From the IMG/VR virus record IMGVR_UViG_2878651225_000003: 64,000 nucleotides of DNA. One strand, given 5' to 3'. Made by a program: the position numbers and the translations under genes. Each line of letters begins with the position of its first letter. The stretch's first letter is position 1. This stretch comes from a virus. Below are positions 1-8,997 of this stretch, piece by piece. Below the pieces are notes generated by a model that made no database searches, had not been told where the DNA came from, and was given only the letters and a program-made list of their open reading frames with translations.

Positions 1-945
1 TTACGCATAAACCACCCCCTGAACGTCAGCAGAAAGGGCAATAGGCGCATGTGTGGCGGTGTTTGGTTGGGTTTTCATGATGGTTTTTTCCGTTAGTTTT
101 TTTAGTAAAGACTTACCGCCCTTAGTGGGGTGCGATAAGGGATCAACTACAACTACTAACGGTAGGTTGCCCGCCTTATTCGTGCGGATAAAATCCGCCT
201 TATTTCGACGTGTCTCCCTTACCGCAAATTCGGTATTTTCAGATAGGCTTAACGCCTCATTGAAATGAATTTGAGGTAAAAAAATACCGCATGAGTTACG
301 GCTGCGGTTTCCGCCGTGTGTAGTTGTAGTGCTGGAAATACTAACGGCATTCTTGGCGGCTGTCAATCCACCAGCGGTTAAAGTGCGGTTTGGGTTAATC
401 TGTCCGGCGAAGAACAAGACATAATCACGGGCTAATTTGGCGCGTGCCTGCTGTTCACTGGTGGCGGATAGGCGTAAACGGTGAAGTTGATTTGTGGTGT
501 CGGTGCGATTAATACCGATAAATAAATAGATCATGGCTGTAACTCCTTGTGTAAATTTAGAAGTTACCGCTGAAGTTCTCAGGCTTGGGCGGTAACGTGC
601 GACGGGCTGAGAAACTGCGACACAAGGAAAGCAGCAAAGGGCGAAACCTTTCCCATCGCACGCTACCATAGAGAATAAATCACAAGACGGATCTATTTTG
701 GGTGTGCGACTTTCACGCATAAAAAAACACGCATTATTAGGCGTGTCATGCGCCTTGTATCTATTCGAGTTCTCAGGCTCGGCAGCCGATTTTGCGACTG
801 CGGGAACAAAATACCCTAAAGTGCGGTGGGTTGTAAAGTGATTTGGGTCACGTTTTTGAATATTGGTAGGGTGTCCGCCGTTGGCTGATACTGCCGCCAA
901 CGTTTGGGCGCTAATGGTTTTTCGGGTATAATTTGGCTTAGCCAT
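1..945 (-). CDS. hypothetical Cys-rich protein. RBS-supported ATG at 943-945; an alternative internal start at 537 would give a 178-aa product with a GGKS P-loop-like motif near the C-terminus.
   Basis: The ORF ends at a TAA at 1-3 and GAGGATAAG precedes the ATG at 945. The central ~130 codons are low-complexity and may be non-coding. The track ORF 1..1422 extends further upstream only because no stop intervenes. Confidence 0.3.
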   Translation of the reverse strand: MAKPNYTRKTISAQTLAAVSANGGHPTNIQKRDPNHFTTHRTLGYFVPAVAKSAAEPENSNRYKAHDTPNNACFFMRESRTPKIDPSCDLFSMVACDGKGFALCCFPCVAVSQPVARYRPSLRTSAVTSKFTQGVTAMIYLFIGINRTDTTNQLHRLRLSATSEQQARAKLARDYVLFFAGQINPNRTLTAGGLTAAKNAVSISSTTTTHGGNRSRNSCGIFLPQIHFNEALSLSENTEFAVRETRRNKADFIRTNKAGNLPLVVVVDPLSHPTKGGKSLLKKLTEKTIMKTQPNTATHAPIALSADVQGVVYA

Positions 946-1078
946 AGTCTTATCCTCGGTAAGATGGTTGGTTAGAGGCTCTTTTAGTGCTGAGAACACT
1001 ATCGGAGCCTTGTTTGTTTTAGCAATTATCGTTATACTGTAATTACATTGAATATCATCATAATTCGGAGTAATTACA

Positions 1079-1252
1079 ATGTCAACCAAAAAAGAAAATA
1101 AATCACAACAGTACCAAATACGGCTTACTGATGAATTTCGCCAGCAATTGGAAGAACAAGCTAAAAGTGATGGCGATACCGCTTTAGCAACGTGGATTAA
1201 ACGAATTTTGCGCAAAGAACTCTCCGCGCGCGGCATTGAGCCGAAAGGGTAA
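1079..1252 (+). CDS. ribbon-helix-helix (CopG/Arc/MobC-like) DNA-binding protein
   Basis: 57-aa product containing IRLTDEFRQQLEEQAKSDGDTALATWIKRIL, a typical RHH beta-strand followed by two helices. Confidence 0.5.
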   Translation: MSTKKENKSQQYQIRLTDEFRQQLEEQAKSDGDTALATWIKRILRKELSARGIEPKG

Positions 1253-1554
1253 GGGGTTGATTTTAAAGCAAAGCCGAAAATTCGGCTCTGTACAGTGATT
1301 TCCTGATATTTCAGGAGATTCCAACGGCTCAAGGGAGTATGCCCAAATTTGGACACCCCCACCAAAAGAAAACTATTGCAATAATTTTCATATTGATTAA
1401 AATATTTATGACTTAAATTCATGTTTGGTTTTCTCTAAATTTTTCTAAATGTGGGTTTAAGTATCAGTAGGGTACTGAGTGCGTTACTGTGATCTTGCTC
1501 GTAGTTGTGAATATGATTATAAGTTTAGGCATATGCTTATAGTCATCTAGATTA

Positions 1555-1580
1555 GGCTGGAATGATTCCAGCCTTTTTTA
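1555..1580 (+). terminator. rho-independent terminator candidate
   Basis: ggctggaatgattccagcc hairpin followed by tttttt. Confidence 0.4.
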
Positions 1581-2303
1581 TTATAGGCAGACGAAGACTG
1601 CCTATAAAAACCATACGCTATGCGTATGGAATCAAAGAGCTTAAGCGATGAAAAGAAAAAATCCTCCGATATAATGAATAAGGCTGATAACCAAAATTCA
1701 AAATATAGGAGGATATGCCAATGGCAAATAAATCCAATGACGATTCGAGTTTATCACACACAAGATGGAACTGTAAGTATCACATAGTCTTTACCCCTAA
1801 ATTCAGACGAAAAGCGATTTATGGGAAATTACGAATGGATATAGGCAGCATATTAAGGCAGTTATGTCATTACAAAAATGTCGAAATAATAGAAGCCCAT
1901 GTAATGAAAGATCATATCCATATGTTATTAAAAATCCCGCCAAAGCTGGCAGTATCAAGTTTCATGGGATATTTAAAAGGGAAATCATCGCTCATGATTT
2001 TTGAAAGACATGCAAACTTAAAATATAAGTATGGAAACCGACATTTTTGGGCAAAGGGTTATTATGTAAGTACAGTGGGTTTAAATACAAAAGTGGTAGA
2101 GGAATATATCAGGAATCAGGAAAAAGAAGACATGATTCAAGATAATTTATCGAAGAAAGAATATGTGGACCCCTTTAAGGGGTAAGCCACAGAGTTATTG
2201 TGCAGTTGTCAGTCTTTTCACATGCCTCTTGAGGGGCATGTGAAGTACTAGGCCCTTATAGGGTAGCCGAAAAACCGCACGTTTCACGTGCGGATTGTTA
2301 TTT
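1581..2303 (+). mobile_element. IS200/IS605-family IS, copy 1 (tnpA only)
   Basis: The left end carries a taggcagacgaagactgcctata hairpin. The right end carries cacatgcc(c/t)cttgaggggcatgtg and ccgcacgtttcacgtgcgg hairpins. The 156-aa TnpA ORF lies between them. Confidence 0.85.
1715..2185 (+). CDS. tnpA: IS200/IS605 family Y1 (HUH) transposase TnpA
   Basis: 156-aa product with HIHML and YHIVF motifs. GGAGG RBS. Confidence 0.9.
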   Translation: MPMANKSNDDSSLSHTRWNCKYHIVFTPKFRRKAIYGKLRMDIGSILRQLCHYKNVEIIEAHVMKDHIHMLLKIPPKLAVSSFMGYLKGKSSLMIFERHANLKYKYGNRHFWAKGYYVSTVGLNTKVVEEYIRNQEKEDMIQDNLSKKEYVDPFKG

Positions 2304-3029
2304 ATAGGCAGACGAAGACTGCCTATAAAAACCATACGCTATGCGTATGGAATCAAAGAGCTTAAGCGATGAAAAGAAAAAATCCTCCGATATAATGAAT
2401 AAGGCTGACAACCAAAATTCAAAATATAGGAGGATATGCCAATGGCAAATAAATCCAATGACGATTCGAGTTTATCACACACAAGATGGAACTGTAAGTA
2501 TCATATAGTCTTTACTCCTAAATTCAGACGAAAAGCGATTTATGGGAAATTACGAATGGATATAGGCAGCATATTAAGGCAGTTATGTCATTACAAAAAT
2601 GTCGAAATAATAGAAGCCCATGCAATGAAAGATCATATCCATATGTTATTAAAAATCCCGCCAAAGCTGGCGGTATCAAGTTTCATGGGATATTTAAAAG
2701 GAAAATCATCGCTCATGATTTTCGAAAGGCATGCAAACCTAAAATATAAGTATGGAAATCGACATTTTTGGGCAAAGGGTTATTATGTAAGTACAGTGGG
2801 TTTAAATACAAAAGTTGTAGAGGAATATATCAGGAATCAGGAAAAAGAAGACATGATTCAAGATAATTTATCGAAGAAAGAATATGTGGACCCCTTTAAG
2901 GGGTAAGCCACAGAGTTATTGTGCAGTTGTCAGTCTTTTCACATGCCCCTTGAGGGGCATGTGAAGTACTAGGCCCTTATAGGGCAGCCGAAAAACCGCA
3001 CGTTTCACGTGCGGATTGTTATTTGGTTA
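2304..3029 (+). mobile_element. IS200/IS605-family IS, copy 2, in direct tandem with copy 1
   Basis: Same terminal hairpins as copy 1. Its left end abuts the right end of copy 1. Confidence 0.85.
2436..2906 (+). CDS. tnpA: IS200/IS605 family transposase TnpA
   Basis: Identical to copy 1 except for one aa (V63A). Confidence 0.9.
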   Translation: MPMANKSNDDSSLSHTRWNCKYHIVFTPKFRRKAIYGKLRMDIGSILRQLCHYKNVEIIEAHAMKDHIHMLLKIPPKLAVSSFMGYLKGKSSLMIFERHANLKYKYGNRHFWAKGYYVSTVGLNTKVVEEYIRNQEKEDMIQDNLSKKEYVDPFKG

Positions 3030-3377
3030 ATGGAAAACGTCACAAAGTGGTTTTTTCTGCTTCGGTTTTGGGGTAGGGCGGTAAATAGTTTTTAGTGTCC
3101 GATTAAATACGGTTAATAAATTCACCTCCATGAAGTCCACCAGCAATGGAATATTACTTGTGGATTGCTGTACGGCGATAATATCCACCAGCTCCTCAAA
3201 CGTGTCTACTTGTGAAGTAACTATGAAAAATTTTCGGTTACCCAAATGCACCGCATGGAAAAAGCCAAGCTCTTCATCATAATTAAAAGTAAAATACGGA
3301 TATTGATTCTTATAGCGTGTAATCAATATCGGCAGTGCGCGAATTTCTTCGGCTTCGGTTAATTCTTGGTTCATCAT
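3027..3377 (-). CDS. hypothetical protein
   Basis: 116-aa ORF. Its stop codon directly abuts the right end of IS copy 2. Confidence 0.4.
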   Translation of the reverse strand: MMNQELTEAEEIRALPILITRYKNQYPYFTFNYDEELGFFHAVHLGNRKFFIVTSQVDTFEELVDIIAVQQSTSNIPLLVDFMEVNLLTVFNRTLKTIYRPTPKPKQKKPLCDVFH

Positions 3378-3721
3378 TTTTTTGCTCCTAGTAAATTAAT
3401 GGCGTGTTGAATTTCGTTGCCGGTGATTGGCACCAGCTCCAAATATTTTTTGTTGTGTTGCTGTTGATATTTCAATTTTGCGTTATAAAGCTCGGCCACT
3501 TTATGAATTTGTTCAGCACTTCCCAATAAATAACGGGTGTAATACCGCCCGGCTTCGCTTTTCTCTTTAACTCGCTCAATCTCAATATCTAAGGTTCTCT
3601 CAATTTCGTTCACCTCATTGCGGGCATTGAGAAAATGGCAATTGAAATAGGATTCCTTTTCGCTAATACCGATATGCGGATTAACAATTAAGGCTCTGGC
3701 CACGGTCATTAATCGGGTCAT
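3374..3721 (-). CDS. hypothetical protein
   Basis: Start at MTRLMTVARA, immediately after the alpA stop. Overlaps the downstream ORF by 4 nt. Confidence 0.4.
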   Translation of the reverse strand: MTRLMTVARALIVNPHIGISEKESYFNCHFLNARNEVNEIERTLDIEIERVKEKSEAGRYYTRYLLGSAEQIHKVAELYNAKLKYQQQHNKKYLELVPITGNEIQHAINLLGAKK

Positions 3722-3939
3722 TGGATTACTCCTCGGTTGGCTTTTTGTTGCTCGATCCATTCGTTGACTTCGGCTAAATCCCAACGGATAAAGTTGCTGG
3801 TCAAGCGGATAGGCTGCGGAAATTGATTTGTTTTGACTAACTCATTGAGTTTAGTACGCCCAAAGGACAGCATTGTCATTAGCTCGGCAGTGCTGATCCA
3901 TACTTGGTTTTTTTGGGGGAATTGTGGTTGTACATTCAT
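3718..3939 (-). CDS. alpA: AlpA-family phage/satellite transcriptional regulator (HTH)
   Basis: 73-aa product, ...TAELMTMLSFGRTKLNELVKTNQFPQPIRL..., characteristic of the AlpA/excisionase-like family found in P4-like and PICI elements. Confidence 0.7.
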   Translation of the reverse strand: MNVQPQFPQKNQVWISTAELMTMLSFGRTKLNELVKTNQFPQPIRLTSNFIRWDLAEVNEWIEQQKANRGVIQ

Positions 3940-4035
3940 TGAATAACCTCTCGTTCGTTTTGTTTCGTGGTGCTGCGTAAAGCTACGAGGGTTATTAAAG
4001 CATTAGGGATATATTCAGGTGTTATATGGGGGATA

Positions 4036-4061
4036 CAAAAAAATATCCCGCTCATATAGGC
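4036..4061 (-). terminator. rho-independent terminator
   Basis: atatcccgc/gcgggatat 9-bp stem followed on the minus strand by TTTTTTTGTAT, 30 nt downstream of the 329-aa gene. Confidence 0.6.
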
Positions 4062-4090
4062 GGGATATAGAATTATGGGTTGATATGAAG

Positions 4091-5080
4091 TTAGTTTTTC
4101 TTGCGATCAATAGGACAGGCAACAACCTCTATATATTCGGCGCGTGTTTTGCTGGTTATACCATAATAACGCATGATGTAATCTCTTATTTGAGCATTAC
4201 TTTTCACATTCTCAGGATAGCTTGACCAGTATTTATTCCGCACTTCTATGGCAATCTTAAGCGGGTCATCATCTCGGTAAACGCCTAGTAGTTGAGGGAT
4301 ATTTTTATCATCAAGTGCGGTTTGTAATTGGGCTATTTCGGTTTCTTTTTCTAGAATGATTTGTTCTTGTTTTTTGATCTTGGCTTTTAGTTGGGTTATA
4401 TCTTCGATTTGATCATAGGTTTTATCAATTACAGAAAAAAGCTCTAAAAATGAAATTAAATCTTTGTGTAAAATACAAAGATCATCTAAATATAGTTTTG
4501 TTCTGTTTTCTTCAACGGTTATTAAGCAATGAAAGCTATTTCCAATGAATGAAATGTCTGGAAACTCTTCAATAAATCCAATTTTAATTAATTCATCAAT
4601 ATTATATTGCTCGATGAACTGACTATGAATAGGCATATAACCACTAAAATAAATGTGTTTAAATTTATCCATTCCAGCACTACATAAAATAATTTCCTCA
4701 GCATTGGCTAGTTCTTCATAAATGTAATATTCAGCATTTAAATAAATGCCAAATTTAAAATAAATATTTTCAAAATATATTTCAATTGTTGAGAATTCCT
4801 CTCTTTTTAAAACCTTCGCTTTTGTTTCTGTTTTATCAAATTTAAAGAATAACCCCTCATTTCTAATAAATAATTTATTTTTCTTGTCTACTTCTTTTCT
4901 ATTAATCTCTGTTATTTTACTGTGTGAACAATGTAAATGAATGGAAGACTTTAAAGCTCCACTCTGAATATATTCTAATATGTCTTTTTCTGAGATATTT
5001 ATATTATAGTTGCCTGAGATATATTTTACAGTGTCACTAATCGAGTAGGACTTTTTAGGCAATACTTTAAGAGTGGTCAT
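4091..5080 (-). CDS. hypothetical AT-rich protein with a central coiled coil. Candidate accessory or defence cargo.
   Basis: 329 aa. It is visibly more AT-rich than the surrounding genes and has no recognisable motif. Confidence 0.5.
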   Translation of the reverse strand: MTTLKVLPKKSYSISDTVKYISGNYNINISEKDILEYIQSGALKSSIHLHCSHSKITEINRKEVDKKNKLFIRNEGLFFKFDKTETKAKVLKREEFSTIEIYFENIYFKFGIYLNAEYYIYEELANAEEIILCSAGMDKFKHIYFSGYMPIHSQFIEQYNIDELIKIGFIEEFPDISFIGNSFHCLITVEENRTKLYLDDLCILHKDLISFLELFSVIDKTYDQIEDITQLKAKIKKQEQIILEKETEIAQLQTALDDKNIPQLLGVYRDDDPLKIAIEVRNKYWSSYPENVKSNAQIRDYIMRYYGITSKTRAEYIEVVACPIDRKKN

Positions 5081-5217
5081 AACGCCCCTTTCGCATTTAT
5101 CCTTAAGAGTGGAAACACGCCAACAAGATAAGGTGTCTTGCTTTCGGGGATCGGCCTAGGCGTGTTTGATACTTTGATTTTATACTGTTTATTTGTCGGT
5201 CTCAAGGCTGAATAACG

Positions 5218-5942
5218 CCCAAATAACAATCCGCACGTGAAACGTGCGGTTTTTCGGCTACCCTATAAGGGCCTAGTACTTCACATGCCCCTCAAGAGGC
5301 ATGTGAAAAGACTGACAACTGCACAATAACTCTGTGGCTTACCCCTTAAAGGGGTCCACATATTCTTTCTTCGATAAATTATCTTGAATCATGTCTTCTT
5401 TTTCCTGATTCCTGATATATTCCTCTACCACTTTTGTATTTAAACCCACTGTACTTACATAATAACCCTTTGCCCAAAAATGTCGGTTTCCATACTTATA
5501 TTTTAAGTTTGCATGTCTTTCAAAAATCATGAGCGATGATTTCCCTTTTAAATATCCCATGAAACTTGATACTGCCAGCTTTGGCGGGATTTTTAATAAC
5601 ATATGGATATGATCTTTCATTACATGGGCTTCTATTATTTCGACATTTTTGTAATGACATAACTGCCTTAATATGCTGCCTATATCCATTCGTAATTTCC
5701 CATAAATCGCTTTTCGTCTGAATTTAGGGGTAAAGACTATGTGATACTTACAGTTCCATCTTGTGTGTGATAAACTCGAATCGTCATTGGATTTATTTGC
5801 CATTGGCATATCCTCCTATATTTTGAATTTTGGTTGTCAGCCTTATTCATTATATCGGAGGATTTTTTCTTTTCATCGCTTAAGCTCTTTGATTCCATAC
5901 GCATAGCGTATGGTTTTTATAGGCAGTCTTCGTCTGCCTATA
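5218..5942 (-). mobile_element. IS200/IS605-family IS, copy 3, inverted relative to copies 1 and 2
   Basis: Reverse complement of the same hairpin ends. Confidence 0.85.
5339..5809 (-). CDS. tnpA: IS200/IS605 family transposase TnpA
   Basis: Identical in aa sequence to copy 1. Confidence 0.9.
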   Translation of the reverse strand: MPMANKSNDDSSLSHTRWNCKYHIVFTPKFRRKAIYGKLRMDIGSILRQLCHYKNVEIIEAHVMKDHIHMLLKIPPKLAVSSFMGYLKGKSSLMIFERHANLKYKYGNRHFWAKGYYVSTVGLNTKVVEEYIRNQEKEDMIQDNLSKKEYVDPFKG

Positions 5943-5989
5943 AATAAAAAAGCACTACTTTAGTAGTGCTTTCTCAATGCTATTATTGC

Positions 5990-6160
5990 TTAAGCAGCGT
6001 TTTTATTTTTATGAATCTTTTTTCTACCATGCGCTTCTTGTCCTTTACACAAAAAGCGATCATCATTAAGCATTTTAGGGGCGGCATTTATTAGCAGTTC
6101 CATTGCCTTTCCGGTGCGCTCATAAACTTCTTTAGCTGAAAATTCTATTGATTTTTTCAT
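5990..6160 (-). CDS. small basic protein (56 aa) co-transcribed downstream of the GNAT gene
   Basis: AAGGTGGA RBS. Starts 10 nt after the GNAT stop codon. Lys/His-rich C-terminus. Confidence 0.4.
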   Translation of the reverse strand: MKKSIEFSAKEVYERTGKAMELLINAAPKMLNDDRFLCKGQEAHGRKKIHKNKNAA

Positions 6161-6170
6161 ATTATCCACC

Positions 6171-6707
6171 TTAATTACTTTTGATACTATCTTCAATAAG
6201 ATTTTGTAATTTATCCATTCCTAAAATAAAATCTTCTTCGCCATCTTCTACAAAACCAAATTGCTTATAATAGCTTCGTAGAATTTCATTACCTTTTTCA
6301 ACATCAATTAGCTTAATATATTGCCCCTGAATCTTTGACATGAATATAAAAGTGGCAAACATAGAAAATAAAAACATTTTCCCATCTAGATGGACACTAT
6401 TGCCAAATTTCTCAATGCCATAAATTTCTAATGTTTCAGCTTCAATTTTATAAGAGGCTAAAAAAACACCTATTGGCGCATCAATTCCTTTGCGTGTTGC
6501 GTCTTTTAATTTAAGACAAAAGTCAAAACTACTATCTGTACTATAATAACAAGTAATAATGTAATCCCAATTTAGGTCCCCATAACCACGTTGGAGTAGT
6601 ATAAAGTCATTATCGTTTATGCTGCCTACCGCGATAGGTAAATCAAATTGCTCAAGGAGTAACTGAAAATCACATAGAGTTGCACTAACTAGGTGTTCAA
6701 ACTTCAT
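6171..6707 (-). CDS. GNAT-family N-acetyltransferase-like protein
   Basis: The C-terminus, GQYIKLIDVEKGNEILRSYYKQFGFVE, resembles the GNAT acetyl-CoA binding and motif B region. AT-rich. Confidence 0.45.
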   Translation of the reverse strand: MKFEHLVSATLCDFQLLLEQFDLPIAVGSINDNDFILLQRGYGDLNWDYIITCYYSTDSSFDFCLKLKDATRKGIDAPIGVFLASYKIEAETLEIYGIEKFGNSVHLDGKMFLFSMFATFIFMSKIQGQYIKLIDVEKGNEILRSYYKQFGFVEDGEEDFILGMDKLQNLIEDSIKSN

Positions 6708-6849
6708 CTTGTAACTTGCCGTCTTTGCTTGTAGTTTGCCGTTGCTTGTCTAGTCATTCTAGCCGCTCTACTTAAAAATATCAACTATCGCTAGTTCGCC
6801 AATTTTTAAACCCGTTTCCAAAATCCTCAATAGAGGTTTTGACGCTAGG

Positions 6850-8517
6850 TTATAAATCTATGCCGTTGAAGTTATCAAGGGCGGTTTTGTGCGATTCGCT
6901 CATTTCAAAGGCAATATCGCCATATTCCAGTTGATACGTGCCGAACGCCATTAAGAACGCAATTGCCGGATCTATTTTGTTGGCGGCTTTCTTCTTGTTG
7001 GGCTTGATATTGGCGTTGGCGTCGGTTTCCATAACCACATTAGACAGCGCCCACGCTAAAACCGGATCGCCGTTGTGTTCGATGACCTGCCGATTAATCA
7101 GCACTTCCGCCGATTTCGCTACCGGGCTGAAACGCTGATAGGTTTGGGGGAACGGTTCTACTTCAAGCCCTGCGCCTTGTAATTGGGTTCTTAGGTGTGT
7201 GGCGTTCCATACGTCAAAGCCGATTGTTTTCAGCTCAAATCGTTCTGCGTCCTTTAGAATATCGTCGCGGATTTTGTCATAATCGATACAATCGCCCTCG
7301 GTGGTGATCAGCCAACCTTGCCGCACCCATTGCCGATAGATTGCCCGATTCTTGTTGGCCACGTTGTTAAGCTGAAATTCGGGGATATAGTGCCGGGCAT
7401 ACAACCGCACTTTGTTACCATGCGGAAAGGCATAACATACGCTGGTTAAATCGTTGGTGCTGGATAAATCCAAGCCCATATAGCATTCTTTCAGGTGTAA
7501 ATCGGCTTCACTGTAAACCCGTTGGCACGCCGCCCAATTGCCATCCCCCAGCCACGGCGTAGAACCTTGGCACCACACATTAAAGCGCTTAGTCAGCATT
7601 TCCACCCACTCCGACGGTATGCCGCGCGCTTTCTTGATGGTATTTTCAAAATCTAAGTGCGGTATCGATTTGCCGATATTCGGATTAGCCTTGATCCAAT
7701 TGTCGGGGTTGTCTATTTCGCTCTCTTCGTCCAGCTCAAAAATCAGCACGAATAATGAATCGTTCTGCTCGTTGCCGTCTAAAATTTGACAACAATAATC
7801 ATAATGCTGTTTACAGGCAGAAATAACGTTACTGCCGGCAGTGGTGATCGCAAATAGCAATCCCTCAGGGCGTGCGCCTTGTCCTAATTCCAGTGCGCTG
7901 TACACGCTGTTATCACTGTGTAAGTGGTACTCGTCGACAATCGCTAGGCTGGGATTGGTTCCCTCTATTGTGCTGGATTTCGCCGCCAGCGGCCGCATAA
8001 GGCTGTTGTTTTTCGGGTAGATCATTTTATGCTGCAGTATGCTGACCCGTTTTTTAAGCGGCTTCGATAGCAAGCACATTTGGCGTGCGTCATCAAACAC
8101 GATTCGAGCTTGGTCTCGGCTGACGGCGGCAGTGTAAATATCCTGTTGCCCCGGCTCCATAATCAGAAACCAGTTAGCCAGCACGGCGGCAATGGTAGAT
8201 TTAGCGTTTTTGCGCGCCACCTGAACATAAGCAGAACGGTATTTTCTTAATCCAGTCTCTTTATGCTTGAAGCCGAACAGGTTGGCAAATAAAAATTGTT
8301 GCCAGTCTGAAAGCTCAATCGGCTGGCCGCGCAAGTGGCCTTTAACGTGCGGGCATAACTTGGCAAACGCCATAAATCTGTTAACGGTGCTTTCGTCAAA
8401 GGTGTAACGAGGGTTTTCCAAGTCCGAAAAATAGCGTGCCACCGCCTGTTTTATGCGCTTACAGGCAATGATTTGCCCGTCTTTAACCGCCGTTGCGTAG
8501 TTATGCCATTCGCTCAT
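6850..8517 (-). CDS. phage terminase large subunit
   Basis: 555 aa with an N-terminal ATPase and a C-terminal nuclease (...IVDEYH...; ...TTEGDCIDYD...). Lies directly downstream of TerS. Confidence 0.85.
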   Translation of the reverse strand: MSEWHNYATAVKDGQIIACKRIKQAVARYFSDLENPRYTFDESTVNRFMAFAKLCPHVKGHLRGQPIELSDWQQFLFANLFGFKHKETGLRKYRSAYVQVARKNAKSTIAAVLANWFLIMEPGQQDIYTAAVSRDQARIVFDDARQMCLLSKPLKKRVSILQHKMIYPKNNSLMRPLAAKSSTIEGTNPSLAIVDEYHLHSDNSVYSALELGQGARPEGLLFAITTAGSNVISACKQHYDYCCQILDGNEQNDSLFVLIFELDEESEIDNPDNWIKANPNIGKSIPHLDFENTIKKARGIPSEWVEMLTKRFNVWCQGSTPWLGDGNWAACQRVYSEADLHLKECYMGLDLSSTNDLTSVCYAFPHGNKVRLYARHYIPEFQLNNVANKNRAIYRQWVRQGWLITTEGDCIDYDKIRDDILKDAERFELKTIGFDVWNATHLRTQLQGAGLEVEPFPQTYQRFSPVAKSAEVLINRQVIEHNGDPVLAWALSNVVMETDANANIKPNKKKAANKIDPAIAFLMAFGTYQLEYGDIAFEMSESHKTALDNFNGIDL

Positions 8518-8883
8518 TTACGCCCCTAGCTGGTCTAACTCGTCAATATCTTCGGTTTCCACAGGCGTTTTACGGCGGCTGACCGGATCGAAACCCAGCA
8601 AAGACGACATTTTAATCATGATTTTTTCGGCGTCCGCTTTCGCAGTCAGTGCCGGATTGCGGGCTTCCGTGCCTTGTGAGTTGGTGATCGAAAAGCCACG
8701 CTGTGCCAAGTCCTGAACCGCCCGGCGATAAAGCGAGTAGTTCAAGCAGTACATTTCAAGGTGAACTAAATCCGCGTCTTGAATATCGCCACGCTCCAAG
8801 AGTTGTTTAATTCGGGCTTTCCATTGCTGTGTTGCGATCTCGTCTAAGTAGTCCGGTACTTTCGGGGTTCTGCGTCTCGTCAT
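8518..8883 (-). CDS. phage terminase small subunit (P27-family-like)
   Basis: 121-aa product that overlaps or abuts TerL. Typical P27 TerS layout with an acidic C-terminus. Confidence 0.7.
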   Translation of the reverse strand: MTRRRTPKVPDYLDEIATQQWKARIKQLLERGDIQDADLVHLEMYCLNYSLYRRAVQDLAQRGFSITNSQGTEARNPALTAKADAEKIMIKMSSLLGFDPVSRRKTPVETEDIDELDQLGA

Positions 8884-8939
8884 TGTGTGTCCTATATTTT
8901 CAAAAAAATCATCGTGCGTAAAAATTAGAGGGGGCGGGC

Positions 8940-8975
8940 GGTTCTTAGGGGAAGCGCTTTTGTTTTTAAAACTCC
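8940..8975. other. GC-rich imperfect inverted repeat. Candidate cos site.
   Basis: agagggggcgggcggttcttaggggaagcg ... ctccccccacccc lies immediately upstream of TerS in otherwise AT-rich DNA. Similar in character to lambda cosN (GGGCGGCGACCT). Confidence 0.3.
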
Positions 8976-8997
8976 CCCCACCCCATGTCAGTTCTAA

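Noticed and set aside
1-1422. 473-aa minus-strand ORF at the left edge
   Set aside because: It contains an RBS-supported internal start at 945 and a low-complexity section likely to be non-coding. Nothing supports translation from 1422.
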